From the NCBI GenBank assembly GCA_035576365.1, contig DATLWK010000008.1, positions 28,605 to 92,604 of the forward strand: a stretch of 64,000 bases of DNA, given 5' to 3'. This stretch comes from Sphingomicrobium sp. (GTDB lineage Bacteria > Pseudomonadota > Alphaproteobacteria > Sphingomonadales > Sphingomonadaceae). How positions within the stretch are numbered: position 1 is the first letter of the stretch; every line of letters starts with the position of its first letter. The position numbers and the translations under genes are program-made. Below, one piece after another: positions 30,474-39,463 of the stretch. The notes below the pieces were generated by a model, which saw nothing but the letters and a program-made list of their open reading frames with translations, searched no databases and was not told the DNA's origin.

Positions 30474-31189
30474 CGCGTCCCTTCGGCTGCGCGCTTCTCG
30501 CGAGCCTCTTCTAACACCTCATTATAGGAACGCGAACGGTCGAGATAAGAGGGGGCCTCCCCTCCCTCTTCCCCGGAAAAGCGGGCGACGACCCGCACGT
30601 CATCGAAGCCGGCCGCTAGAAGCGGAAGCGCGAAGCTGCGCTCGACCGCGCGTCGCGCCGCATCGCGGGCGAGGCGCATCGGCACTTCGGCCTGGGCCTG
30701 CTTGCGCAGATCCTCGACCGCGGCGGCGCGATTGGAGCGATCGAGCACCGCCTCCGCATCGGTCAGCGCGGCAAGAATCCCGCCGGACCCATATTCGCGC
30801 GCAGACGAAAGATCGACCTCGGGCCCGGCGATTTCGATGTCGGGAAGGCGCACGCTGAGCGTCTTCGACCGCGCGTCCCAGCGGACGTCGTCCTCGCTCA
30901 TTTTCGACAGGTCCAGTTCGTAACGGACATCCCCGGGAAGGATCAAAGTGCGCTCGGTCGAAAGGCCGAGTCTGGTATGCCGAGCGGTCGTCACCGACAC
31001 GTAGCGGGCGACGAACGGCACCAGCCGGTTCTGGGCTCGCATGGATTCGAGGCTGGAAGTCGCGATGGCGCGCGGATTGGACGTGCCGAACAGCCGGTCG
31101 GCAATGCCGGCGCCGCCGATGAGCAAGCCGATCACCAACGCGACGACGATCGCGCCGATCAGCAGCGGTAGTTTCAGGCGGCTTTCCAT
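30470..31189 (-). CDS. DUF4230-like membrane-anchored protein
   Basis: N-terminal TM helix; LILPGDVRYELDLS, VRLP..EI..P. Confidence 0.75.
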   Translation of the reverse strand: MESRLKLPLLIGAIVVALVIGLLIGGAGIADRLFGTSNPRAIATSSLESMRAQNRLVPFVARYVSVTTARHTRLGLSTERTLILPGDVRYELDLSKMSEDDVRWDARSKTLSVRLPDIEIAGPEVDLSSAREYGSGGILAALTDAEAVLDRSNRAAAVEDLRKQAQAEVPMRLARDAARRAVERSFALPLLAAGFDDVRVVARFSGEEGGEAPSYLDRSRSYNEVLEEAREKRAAEGTR

Positions 31190-32025
31190 ACACCTCCAGC
31201 GTCGACAACGAGTCCGCGCTTTTCGAGGTCCAGCAAGTGGGCGAGCACCGAGCCGCCGGCGGCGGCGGTGAGACGCGGGTCGAGTCCGGGATAGGCATTG
31301 GCGACGATGTCGGGAATCTCCCGCGGCTGCTCGCCGACCAGCCGCAATATCTGCTTTTCGCGCTGCATCCGGTGCCCGATCAGCGAGCGCACATATTGCT
31401 GGGGCTTGGTGACCGGCGGGCCATGCGCCGGATAATAGATGCGGTCCTGCCGCTGCCTCAGCTTGTCGAGGCTCGCCATGTAGGCGGCCATGTCGCCGTC
31501 CGGCGGGACGACGACGGTGGTCGACCAGCCCATGACATGGTCTCCGGTGAACAAGACGCCGGACGCTTCATCGGCAAAGCACAGATGGTTGGACGTGTGG
31601 CCGGGGGTAGCCACGGCTACCAGCTGCCGGCCGTCGACCTCGATCGCGTCGTTTTCGGCTAGAACCCGGTCCGGCGCATAGTCGCCGTCGAAGGCGGCGT
31701 CGGCCCGCGGTCCCAGCGTTTCGAGCGCCAGCGGCGCGCAACCTACCACCGGCGCCCCCGTGGCTTGCGCCAGCGGCCTTGCCCCCGGGCTGTGGTCGCG
31801 GTGGGTGTGGGTGCAAAGAATGGCGACTACGGAACGGCCGCCAATTGCGCGGATCAGGGCTTCGACATGCGCCTTGTCGGCAGGTCCGGGGTCGATCACC
31901 GCGACCTCCCGATCGCCGACCAGGTATGTTTGCGTGCCGGTGAAGGTGAAAGCCGACGGATTTTCCGCGAGAACCCGGCCGATCCCGTGCTCCAGCGTCT
32001 CTAATGATGCGTAAGGGGCGTCCAC
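31174..32025 (-). CDS. MBL-fold metallo-hydrolase (LACTB2-like) with winged-helix C-terminus
   Basis: NPSAFTFTGTQTY, THTHRDHS, TPGHTSNH, TGDHVMG, YPAHG. Confidence 0.92.
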   Translation of the reverse strand: MDAPYASLETLEHGIGRVLAENPSAFTFTGTQTYLVGDREVAVIDPGPADKAHVEALIRAIGGRSVVAILCTHTHRDHSPGARPLAQATGAPVVGCAPLALETLGPRADAAFDGDYAPDRVLAENDAIEVDGRQLVAVATPGHTSNHLCFADEASGVLFTGDHVMGWSTTVVVPPDGDMAAYMASLDKLRQRQDRIYYPAHGPPVTKPQQYVRSLIGHRMQREKQILRLVGEQPREIPDIVANAYPGLDPRLTAAAGGSVLAHLLDLEKRGLVVDAGGVWKAA

Positions 32026-32088
32026 CGCGCGGCTGTGCCACGGACCCTCATGCTTGGCAAAGTGAGCGCGAAACCCGCGCCTGTTCGC

Positions 32089-33387
32089 TCAGCTCGCCAT
32101 CCGGCGACTTCGAGCCGCGCGCAGCCTCGCCAGCGCATGCTGCGCCAGAACCGCCAGGCCGGGCTCCTGGGCACCGAGCTGCAGCGCCCGGCGATCGAAT
32201 GCCTGTGGGTAGATCCGGCCGAACAGCGCCTCCATGCTGCGGTCCCAGCTGAACTGGCGGGCGTGAAGGTACGCATTCTCGCCCATGAACTTCCGGTCGC
32301 CCTCCCAAAGCTCGACAATGTTGCGCGCCATCGCTTCGGCATCGTCGACCGGTCCGAGCCTTCCCAGATCCTCGGTGACGCGATCGATCATCGCTCCTGC
32401 GGCAACACCGACCACCGGCAGGCCCGACGCCTGAGCTTCGACGATCGAAACGCCGAACGTCTCGTCCGCCATTCCGGAAACATAGAGGTCGGCACTGGCC
32501 AGCCAGCGCGCCAGCTCGGCCCGGTCGCGGACGTAGCCGGGCGCGAAGATGCGCGGATCGTCGAGCTGTGCGATTTCCTCGCGCAGCGGCCCTTCGCCAA
32601 GCAGGACCAGCTTGGCGCCAAGCTCCTCCGGCAATTTCGCGAACGCCTCGACCACCAGCTGCGCCTTCTTCTCCGCATCGAGGCGCCCGACATAGATCAG
32701 CAGCGGGTGGTCGTCGTCGAGGCCAAGCGATTGGCGCAGGCTCGGGTCGCGGAGCGACGGGCCGAAGCTGCCGAGCTCGACGCCGAGACCGACGGTGTCG
32801 ACCCGGTCGACGCCATAGGAACGCAACTTGGTCGCGCCGCCATTCTCGCTGACGGCAAAGACGGCATCGAACCGACGATAGAGCGACCCGCAATAGCGGT
32901 AGCAGAGTTTGCCCGCCGCGGCGGCGAGGCCCCGGCCCAACACCTTCGAAAAGGGCCGCTCGACGTAAACCGTCGGGAAATCGGTCATATATGCGGCGAC
33001 CAGCGCCGTCGCCGGATGGCGCTTGCGATGCGCAATCGCCGCCCACGGCAGATTATAGCTGTCCTGGCATTCAATGAGATCCGGCTGAAACTGCTCGAGA
33101 GCCTCGCAGACGGCATTGTTGCGCAGCATCAGCCGGTAATTGGGACTGCCCGGAACACGAGGCGAGCGGATGGTGACAGTCACCGCCCGCTCTCCCTCGA
33201 CCACCGAATCTTCGGCTCCGGGAACGATCAGCAAATGGCGGTGCGGGGTTCGCTCGATGATGTGCTTGCGCTTGTGGCGAAGATAGGTCCCGACCCCCCC
33301 GCCGACCTCGGACCAGCTCTGAGTCAGGTCGCAGAGGAGCAGAGGGCGATCGAGCGAACTTGGCGCCTTTGGTACGGAAAGTGTCAT
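32089..33387 (-). CDS. GT4 family glycosyltransferase
   Basis: GGGVGTYL, YVGRLDAEK, ETFGVSIVEAQASGLPVV. Confidence 0.92.
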   Translation of the reverse strand: MTLSVPKAPSSLDRPLLLCDLTQSWSEVGGGVGTYLRHKRKHIIERTPHRHLLIVPGAEDSVVEGERAVTVTIRSPRVPGSPNYRLMLRNNAVCEALEQFQPDLIECQDSYNLPWAAIAHRKRHPATALVAAYMTDFPTVYVERPFSKVLGRGLAAAAGKLCYRYCGSLYRRFDAVFAVSENGGATKLRSYGVDRVDTVGLGVELGSFGPSLRDPSLRQSLGLDDDHPLLIYVGRLDAEKKAQLVVEAFAKLPEELGAKLVLLGEGPLREEIAQLDDPRIFAPGYVRDRAELARWLASADLYVSGMADETFGVSIVEAQASGLPVVGVAAGAMIDRVTEDLGRLGPVDDAEAMARNIVELWEGDRKFMGENAYLHARQFSWDRSMEALFGRIYPQAFDRRALQLGAQEPGLAVLAQHALARLRAARSRRMAS

Positions 33388-33531
33388 TGCGCTGCCAAAC
33401 CCCGCAGCGACGGCAAAGTGCCATCAGCCGCGAACTGCCGGCTTGCAATGTGTCGGAAAACTTTACGCATCCGCCCGACGCCCTTGGCTGCCACTAAGAA
33501 AAAATACCGGAAAATAGCCGTTTTGGTCACT

Positions 33532-33547
33532 TGGCACGCCGATTGCA
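33532..33547 (+). promoter_or_regulatory. sigma54 (-24/-12) promoter
   Basis: TGGCACGCCGATTGCA matches TGGCAC-N5-TTGCW exactly; A-tract-rich sequence upstream. Confidence 0.8.
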
Positions 33548-33555
33548 TCTGTATT

Positions 33556-33631
33556 GGCGTCCACTTGGTTCCACGCCAGTTAAAGGGACGGTCGCAAGCG
33601 GTTCTCTGGTCCCCTTGCACCGTCCCTTTTT
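33556..33631 (+). ncRNA. candidate sigma54-dependent small RNA
   Basis: Begins about 11 nt after the -12 GC; hairpin GGCGT..ACGCC, then AAAGGGACGGT-C-GCAAG-15 nt loop-CTTGC-ACCGTCCCTTT-TT; no sizeable plus-strand ORF before the converging grxD. Confidence 0.6.
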
Positions 33632-33644
33632 CGTTGCCGAACGG

Positions 33645-33962
33645 CTATTCGGCGCCCGCAGCGACCAGTTGCTGAAGCTCGCCCTTTTCGAACATCTCCA
33701 TCATGATGTCGGAACCGCCGACGAACTCGCCCTTGACGTAGAGCTGAGGGATGGTTGGCCAGTCGCTATATTCCTTGATCCCCTGGCGGATTTCCGGGTC
33801 CCGGAGCACGTCGACCGTCTCGTACGGTACGCCGAGGTGATCGAGGATCGCCACCGCGCGGCCGGAAAAGCCGCACTGCGGGAACAGGGTCGTGCCCTTC
33901 ATGAACAGGACGACGTCGCTGTTCTTCACGATCTCATCGATCCGGGTTTTGGCGTCGCTCAC
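33645..33962 (-). CDS. grxD: monothiol glutaredoxin (Grx4 family)
   Basis: [31 protein letters not shown]. Confidence 0.97.
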   Translation of the reverse strand: MSDAKTRIDEIVKNSDVVLFMKGTTLFPQCGFSGRAVAILDHLGVPYETVDVLRDPEIRQGIKEYSDWPTIPQLYVKGEFVGGSDIMMEMFEKGELQQLVAAGAE

Positions 33963-33973
33963 GTCACTTCTCC

Positions 33974-34204
33974 TCAGGCTGCAGCGGTCTCCAGCTGCAG
34001 CGCATGTAATTCGCCGCCCATCCTGCCGCCCAACGCACGATAGACCCGCTGGTGCTGCTGGATCCGGCTCAGTCCGGCGAAGCTCGGGCTGACGACCTTC
34101 GCCGAATAATGATCGCCGTCGCCGGCGAGGTCGGTGATCGCAATCTCGGCATCGGGAATCGCCTCGCGGATCAGCCGTTCAATTTCGTCCGCCGCCATCG
34201 GCAT
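33974..34204 (-). CDS. bolA: BolA/IbaG family protein
   Basis: [29 protein letters not shown]. Confidence 0.92.
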   Translation of the reverse strand: MPMAADEIERLIREAIPDAEIAITDLAGDGDHYSAKVVSPSFAGLSRIQQHQRVYRALGGRMGGELHALQLETAAA

Positions 34205-34216
34205 CGCAATATCGCC

Positions 34217-34546
34217 CTAAAGGTTGCTTGCCTGAATGATCTGCCGCTTCGCCTCGACCGTCTTGTGCTCGAGCTGCTCACGGATCTTGGCGTCATCGAT
34301 GTCGATCCCGGCGGCGGTCAAGTCGCCCAGCACCTTGCGGATCACGTCCTCGTCGCCGGCTTCCTCGAAATCGGCGCGAACCACATCCTTGGCGTAGGAC
34401 TGGGTCTCCTCGTCCGACAGGTTCATCAGCCGCCCTGCCCACTCGCCGAGCAGCCGGTTGCGCCGGGCGACGATCCGGAACTTCATCTCCTCGTCGTGGG
34501 CGAACTTGGTCTCGAAGGCGCGCTCGCGGTCGTCGAATGTGCTCAT
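34217..34546 (-). CDS. DUF1476-like protein
   Basis: MSTFDDRERAFETKFAHDEE..ARRNRLLGEWA. Confidence 0.85.
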   Translation of the reverse strand: MSTFDDRERAFETKFAHDEEMKFRIVARRNRLLGEWAGRLMNLSDEETQSYAKDVVRADFEEAGDEDVIRKVLGDLTAAGIDIDDAKIREQLEHKTVEAKRQIIQASNL

Positions 34547-34593
34547 GTCTGTCCCTTGCTTTGCTTGACGCCGAGATAGGAGCGGCAGCGCAG

Positions 34594-35592
34594 TCAGTCC
34601 AGCGTGACCACAAGTTTGCCGATGACCTGGCGCGCGCCCATCGCCGCGATGGCCTCGGCCGCCCGCTCGAGCGGATAGGTCGAGCTGACCCTCGGAGCGA
34701 TCCTGCCCTGGTCCCACCATCGGAACAGCTGCTCGACATGGGCTGCATTGGCTTGCGGGTCTCGCGCCGCGAACGCGCCCCAGAAGACGCCGCAAACGTC
34801 GCAGCTCTTCAGCAGCGTGAGGTTGAGCGGCAGCTTCGGGATTCCGGCCGGGAATCCGACGACGAGATAGCGGCCTTCCCAGCCGATCGCCCGCAGTGCC
34901 GGCTCGGCATAGTCGCCGCCGACGGGATCGTAGATGACGTCGGCTCCGGTGGAACCGACGGCGTCCTTGAACAGCTGCGACAGCGCCTTCTGGCCGTCGC
35001 GGTCGAACGGCCCGCGGGGATAGACCAGGGTTTCGTCGGCGCCGGCCTCTTTGGCGGCCGCGGCTTTCTCTAGCGAAGACACGGCCGCGATCACCCGGGC
35101 GCCGAGCGCCTTGCCGATCTCGACGGCCGCAAGGCCGACTCCGCCGGCTGCGCCGAGCACCAACAACGTCTGGGCGGCCTTCAGCCTGCCGCGATCGACC
35201 AAAGCGTGGATCGAGGTCGCATAGGTGAGCAGCAGGGCCGACCCCTCTTCGAAGCTGCGCCCCGGGGGAAGGCGATAGGCCGCCGTCGCCGGCACCACGA
35301 TCTTCTCGGCAAGCCCGCCGAAGCCGGTGACGGCGATCAGCCGGTCGCCGCTCGACCAGCCCTCGACCCCGCTGCCGACGGCTTCGACCTCGCCGGCGAT
35401 CTCGCCGCCGGGCGCGAACGGCCGCGGCGGCTTCATCTGATATCTGTCCTCGATGATGAGCACGTCGGGATAGTTGATGGCCGACGCCCGCACCCGGACC
35501 AGCAGCTCGCCCGGTCCCGGCTGCGGGTCGCGCAGCTCGCCCAGCCGAAGCGTCTCCGGCCCGCCCGGCTCGTGCGAAAGCAGCGCCTTCAT
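34594..35592 (-). CDS. NADPH:quinone oxidoreductase family (MDR)
   Basis: AINYPD, PFAPGGEIAG, VLGAAGGVGLAAVE, DVIYDPVGG. Confidence 0.92.
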   Translation of the reverse strand: MKALLSHEPGGPETLRLGELRDPQPGPGELLVRVRASAINYPDVLIIEDRYQMKPPRPFAPGGEIAGEVEAVGSGVEGWSSGDRLIAVTGFGGLAEKIVVPATAAYRLPPGRSFEEGSALLLTYATSIHALVDRGRLKAAQTLLVLGAAGGVGLAAVEIGKALGARVIAAVSSLEKAAAAKEAGADETLVYPRGPFDRDGQKALSQLFKDAVGSTGADVIYDPVGGDYAEPALRAIGWEGRYLVVGFPAGIPKLPLNLTLLKSCDVCGVFWGAFAARDPQANAAHVEQLFRWWDQGRIAPRVSSTYPLERAAEAIAAMGARQVIGKLVVTLD

Positions 35593-35871
35593 CTAATTCT
35601 CCCGCGCGTTCTGGTCGGCGACCACTTGCTCGGCGGTCATTCCGTCGAAGGTAACCCGGGCAAGCTCGTCCGGATCGCGCGCCGCGTGCCGCCGGCCGCC
35701 GATCGTTCGCAGCGCCCGGTCGAAGACCAGCCGGTCGGCGTCGGGGATATCGCGCCGCGCCTGCTTGGTGGTGCGCTCGAACGCTTCGGGCGAAGAGCCA
35801 TCGATCACCGTCGCTGGCTTGTCGCCGCAGCCGGCGAGCAGGAGGAGCAGCCCGGCGGCGGCAGCCCTCAC
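35593..35871 (-). CDS. hypothetical lipoprotein
   Basis: Lipobox LLAGC; GTGA overlap with the upstream gene, so translationally coupled. Confidence 0.75.
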   Translation of the reverse strand: MRAAAAGLLLLLAGCGDKPATVIDGSSPEAFERTTKQARRDIPDADRLVFDRALRTIGGRRHAARDPDELARVTFDGMTAEQVVADQNAREN

Positions 35872-36527
35872 TCCTCGTACTTCGCGGTCGTCTTGTCGCG
35901 CACCTCCTCGGCCGTCACTCCCGGCGCCAGCTCGATCAGCCTGAATGAACTGTCATGGTCCGGCCGCTGGAACACCGCGAGGTCGGTGATGATCATGTCG
36001 ACGACGTTCTTGCCAGTCAGCGGCAGAGTGCATTCGGGAATGAACTTAGGGTCGCCGTTCTTGGACGTGTGCTCCATGACGACGATGATCTTCTTGACGC
36101 CGGCGACCAGGTCCATCGCCCCGCCCATGCCCTTGATCATCTTGCCGGGGATCATCCAGTTGGCGATGTCGCCCTTTTCCGAAACCTCCATTGCGCCGAG
36201 GACAGTCAAATCGATATGGCCGCCGCGGATCATCGCGAAGCTCGCCGCGCTGTCGAAATAGGAGGACGATGGGAGCTCGCTGATGGTCTGCTTGCCGGCG
36301 TTGATGAGGTCGGGGTCGACCTCGTCCTCATAAGGGAACGGCCCGATGCCGAGCATCCCGTTCTCGCTCTGCAGGGTGACCGTCATTCCCTCCGGAATGT
36401 TGTTGGCGACCAAGGTCGGGATGCCGATGCCGAGGTTGACGTAATAGCCGTCGCGAAGCTCTTTCGCCGCCCGGCCGGCCATTTGATCGCGGGTCCAGCC
36501 CTTGGTTTCGACTGCGGTGGCCATCAC
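35868..36527 (-). CDS. scoB: 3-oxoacid CoA-transferase subunit B
   Basis: [35 protein letters not shown]. Confidence 0.88.
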   Translation of the reverse strand: MMATAVETKGWTRDQMAGRAAKELRDGYYVNLGIGIPTLVANNIPEGMTVTLQSENGMLGIGPFPYEDEVDPDLINAGKQTISELPSSSYFDSAASFAMIRGGHIDLTVLGAMEVSEKGDIANWMIPGKMIKGMGGAMDLVAGVKKIIVVMEHTSKNGDPKFIPECTLPLTGKNVVDMIITDLAVFQRPDHDSSFRLIELAPGVTAEEVRDKTTAKYEE

Positions 36528-37231
36528 GCCGCCTCCCTCTGCCGTACGGTGCGGAATTCGATCTTCTTGTCGTAGGGCGCGCCGAGGATCATCCGCTTGA
36601 CGTAAATCGACGGCAGGTGAATGCAGTCGGGATCGAGGCTTCCGACCGGGACGATCTCCTCGACCTCAGCGACACAGATCTTGCCGCAGGTCGCCGCCGG
36701 CAGGTTGAAGTTGCGCGCCGTCTTGCGGAACATGAGATTGCCCGCCTCGTCCGCCTTCCATCCCTTGACGATGCTGAGGTCGGCGCGGATTCCGCGCTCG
36801 AGCACGTACTGCTCCCCGTCGAACTCCTTCGTCTCCTTGCCCTCGGCGACGACGGTGCCGACACCGGTCTTGGTGTAGAAGCCGGCGATGCCGGCGCCGC
36901 CGGCGCGCATCCGCTCGGCCAGCGTGCCCTGCGGGGTGAACTCGACCTCGAGCTCTTGCGCCAGGAACTGCCGCTCGAACTCCTTGTTCTCGCCGACGTA
37001 GCTGCTGATCATCTTCTTGATCTGGCGCGTGCGCAGCAGCTTGCCGAGGCCCTCATTGTCGATCCCGGCATTGTTCGAGGCCACGGTGAGGTCCTTGACT
37101 CCGCTGGCGACGATGGCGTCGATCAGCCGCTCGGGGATCCCGCACAGGCCGAAACCGCCGGCGGCGATGGTCATTCCGTCGAACAGCAGCCCGTCGAGCG
37201 CCGCCTCGGCATTGGGGTAGATTTTCTGCAT
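36524..37231 (-). CDS. scoA: 3-oxoacid CoA-transferase subunit A
   Basis: [39 protein letters not shown]. Confidence 0.88.
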   Translation of the reverse strand: MQKIYPNAEAALDGLLFDGMTIAAGGFGLCGIPERLIDAIVASGVKDLTVASNNAGIDNEGLGKLLRTRQIKKMISSYVGENKEFERQFLAQELEVEFTPQGTLAERMRAGGAGIAGFYTKTGVGTVVAEGKETKEFDGEQYVLERGIRADLSIVKGWKADEAGNLMFRKTARNFNLPAATCGKICVAEVEEIVPVGSLDPDCIHLPSIYVKRMILGAPYDKKIEFRTVRQREAA

Positions 37232-37243
37232 CTCACTCCTCTC

Positions 37244-37309
37244 CGTCATTGCGAGCGGAGCGAAGCAATCCAGCTGGATCGCCGCGTCGCTGCGCTCCTC
37301 GCGATGACG
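37244..37309. repeat. REP/RPE-like palindromic element
   Basis: CGTCATTGCGAG..CGAAGCAATCCAG-CTGGATCGC..CTCGCGATGACG; terminal inverted repeats; reads VIARS../HCERSEAIQ. Confidence 0.8.
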
Positions 37310-37310
37310 C

Positions 37311-37613
37311 CTACGACCGCAGCTTCGACAAGACTCCCTGAAGCTGCATCGCGTTCGACATGTCGCCTTCGACCTTCAGCTTGCCGGTCATGAACGCGGT
37401 CATTCCGTCGAGCTCGCCGGCAGCCATCTTCTGCCAATCTTCCCAGCTCACCTTGATGGTCGTGTCGGCGGCGCCGTCGCCATCTTCGGTCACCTGGCTA
37501 GCCTGGCCGTCGAGCATGATCGCGCCTTGCTCGCCGAAGTCGAGCTTGACGCGCTTGCCCGGCACCCAGGCCTGCCCCTCGTTCATACGCGTCGCCAGTT
37601 CCTGTTTGGTCAT
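37311..37613 (-). CDS. SCP2 sterol/lipid-binding domain protein
   Basis: [35 protein letters not shown]. Confidence 0.92.
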   Translation of the reverse strand: MTKQELATRMNEGQAWVPGKRVKLDFGEQGAIMLDGQASQVTEDGDGAADTTIKVSWEDWQKMAAGELDGMTAFMTGKLKVEGDMSNAMQLQGVLSKLRS

Positions 37614-37683
37614 GTCGTCTCCTTTTCGCATCCGCCTAGCGAGGCGTTGAAGCCCGTTCAAGGCAGGCGTAAAGGCCTCCCCC

Positions 37684-39111
37684 ATGGGATATGAAGCCGA
37701 TCTGAAACTGTTCATCAACGGAAGCTGGCGAGCGGGCGAAGGCCGCGACAGCTTCCCGGTCGTCAACCCGGTCACCGCCGAGCCGATCGCCGAGCTTCCG
37801 CTCGCGACCGAGGCCGACCTCGAAGAGGCGCTCGACACCGCCCGCCGCACTTATCCGGAGTGGCGCGCGACCGACGTCGACAAGCGCAGCGCCATCCTCC
37901 GCAAGGCGGCTAGGCTGCTCAAGGAGCGGTCGGACGAAATCGGCCGCACCCTCACCCAGGAGCAGGGCAAGCCGTTCGCCGAGGCCAAGGGCGAGGTGCT
38001 GGGAGCGGCGCAATTGTTCGAATGGTATGCCGAGGAGATCAAGCGCGACTATGGCCGCGTCCTCGTCCGTCCGCCGGGCCAGCTCAGCCGGGTGATGCAC
38101 GAGCCGGTCGGGCCCGTCGCCACCTTCACGCCGTGGAACTTCCCAATCTACCTTCTCGCCAAGAAGGTCGCCGCCGCCCTCGCCGCCGGCTGCTCGGTCA
38201 TTTCCAAGCCGCCCGAGGAGACTCCCGGCAACACCCTCGCCATCGCCCGCGCGCTCGACGACGCCGGCCTTCCCAAGGGCGTGTTCCAGCTGGTCCACGG
38301 CGTCCCCGACATGGTCAGCCGCCGCCTCATCGCCAGCGACGTCATCCGCAAGGTCAGCTTCACCGGCTCGATTCCCGTGGGCAAGCATCTGATGAAGCTG
38401 TGCGCCGACAGCATGACCCGGGTGACGCTCGAGCTCGGCGGCCATGCGCCGGTCCTGATCTTCGACGATTGCGACCTCGAAAGGACGCTCGACATGGTCG
38501 TCCCGCAGAAGTTCCGCAACGCCGGCCAGGTGTGCGTGTCGCCGACCCGCTTCTACGTCCAGGAATCGATCTACGACGCCTTCGTCACCGGCTTCGCCGA
38601 GCGCACCCGCAAGGTGAAGGTCGGGAGCGGACTCGAGCCCGACACCAAGATGGGCCCGCTCGCCAACAAGCGCCGGCCCGAAGCGGTCGCGGCTCTGGTC
38701 GAGGACGCGCGCTCGAAGGGCGCCCGGGTGGTCGAAGGCGGCGGGCCGGGCGAGTCCGGCTTCTTCTTCAAGCCGACCCTGCTTGCCGACGTGCCGCTGG
38801 AAGCCGACATCATGAACCAGGAGCCGTTCGGCCCGGTCGCCGTGTCGCGCCCCTTCAAGGACATGGACGAGGCGATTGAGCAGGCCAACCGCCTGCCCTA
38901 CGGCCTTGCCGCCTTCGCCTTCACCGAGAATGGCCGCCGGGCCAATCTGCTCGGCGACGCGATCGAGGCCGGAATGGTCGGCATCAACACCTTCGCCATC
39001 TCGGTCGCCGACGCGCCGTTCGGCGGGGTCAAGGACAGCGGCTTCGGCTCTGAAGGCGGCAAAGAGGGGCTGGAGACATATCAGGTCGTGAAGGCGGTGC
39101 ATCAGGCCTGA
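37684..39111 (+). CDS. gabD: NAD(P)-dependent succinate-semialdehyde dehydrogenase family
   Basis: TPWNFP, SFTGS, TLELGGHAP, NAGQVCVSP, EPFGP, PFGGVKDSG. Confidence 0.8.
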   Translation: MGYEADLKLFINGSWRAGEGRDSFPVVNPVTAEPIAELPLATEADLEEALDTARRTYPEWRATDVDKRSAILRKAARLLKERSDEIGRTLTQEQGKPFAEAKGEVLGAAQLFEWYAEEIKRDYGRVLVRPPGQLSRVMHEPVGPVATFTPWNFPIYLLAKKVAAALAAGCSVISKPPEETPGNTLAIARALDDAGLPKGVFQLVHGVPDMVSRRLIASDVIRKVSFTGSIPVGKHLMKLCADSMTRVTLELGGHAPVLIFDDCDLERTLDMVVPQKFRNAGQVCVSPTRFYVQESIYDAFVTGFAERTRKVKVGSGLEPDTKMGPLANKRRPEAVAALVEDARSKGARVVEGGGPGESGFFFKPTLLADVPLEADIMNQEPFGPVAVSRPFKDMDEAIEQANRLPYGLAAFAFTENGRRANLLGDAIEAGMVGINTFAISVADAPFGGVKDSGFGSEGGKEGLETYQVVKAVHQA

Positions 39112-39147
39112 TGGGGGATCGCTAGCGCACGGAACCCACTCTTCCCT

Positions 39148-39215
39148 CGTCACCGCCGTGGGGGCGGTCCCGCTGATCTTTTCCGACCTGGATTCCCGCT
39201 TTCGCGGGAATGACG
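39148..39215. repeat. REP-like element (ATTCCC-N8-GGGAAT type), left arm degenerate
   Basis: GGATTCCCGCTTTCGCGGGAATGACG right arm; CGTCA-CCGCC..GGCGG-TCCC left arm. Confidence 0.7.
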
Positions 39216-39463
39216 GGCGAATTGAGAGCCCGCGGAGGGCTTCCGCCATTTCCTACAGGCCCCAATTCGAGTCATAGGCTGCCGGATGAACGCACCGGCC
39301 GCTTCCTCCGTCCAATTGCTGGCTGCCCATCGCCGACCGAGGCGCTCGCCAAACTCCCTGACTCGCGCGCGCACGCGCATGGGCTCGCTGCATTTGCTGC
39401 GTTTCGCGCTTCCCGGCGGCGGGAACTTGCGCACGCCCGCGGCGCGGCGGTAACGGCCCATCC

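Noticed and set aside
33412-33424. Other TGGCAC hexamers (33418 minus, 7772, 48643, about 51310 minus) as sigma54 promoters
   Set aside because: They lack TTGC at the -12 position
33555-33584. 9-codon ORF TTG-ASTWFHAS inside the sRNA candidate
   Set aside because: TTG start at or before the predicted TSS and no RBS; cannot be supported
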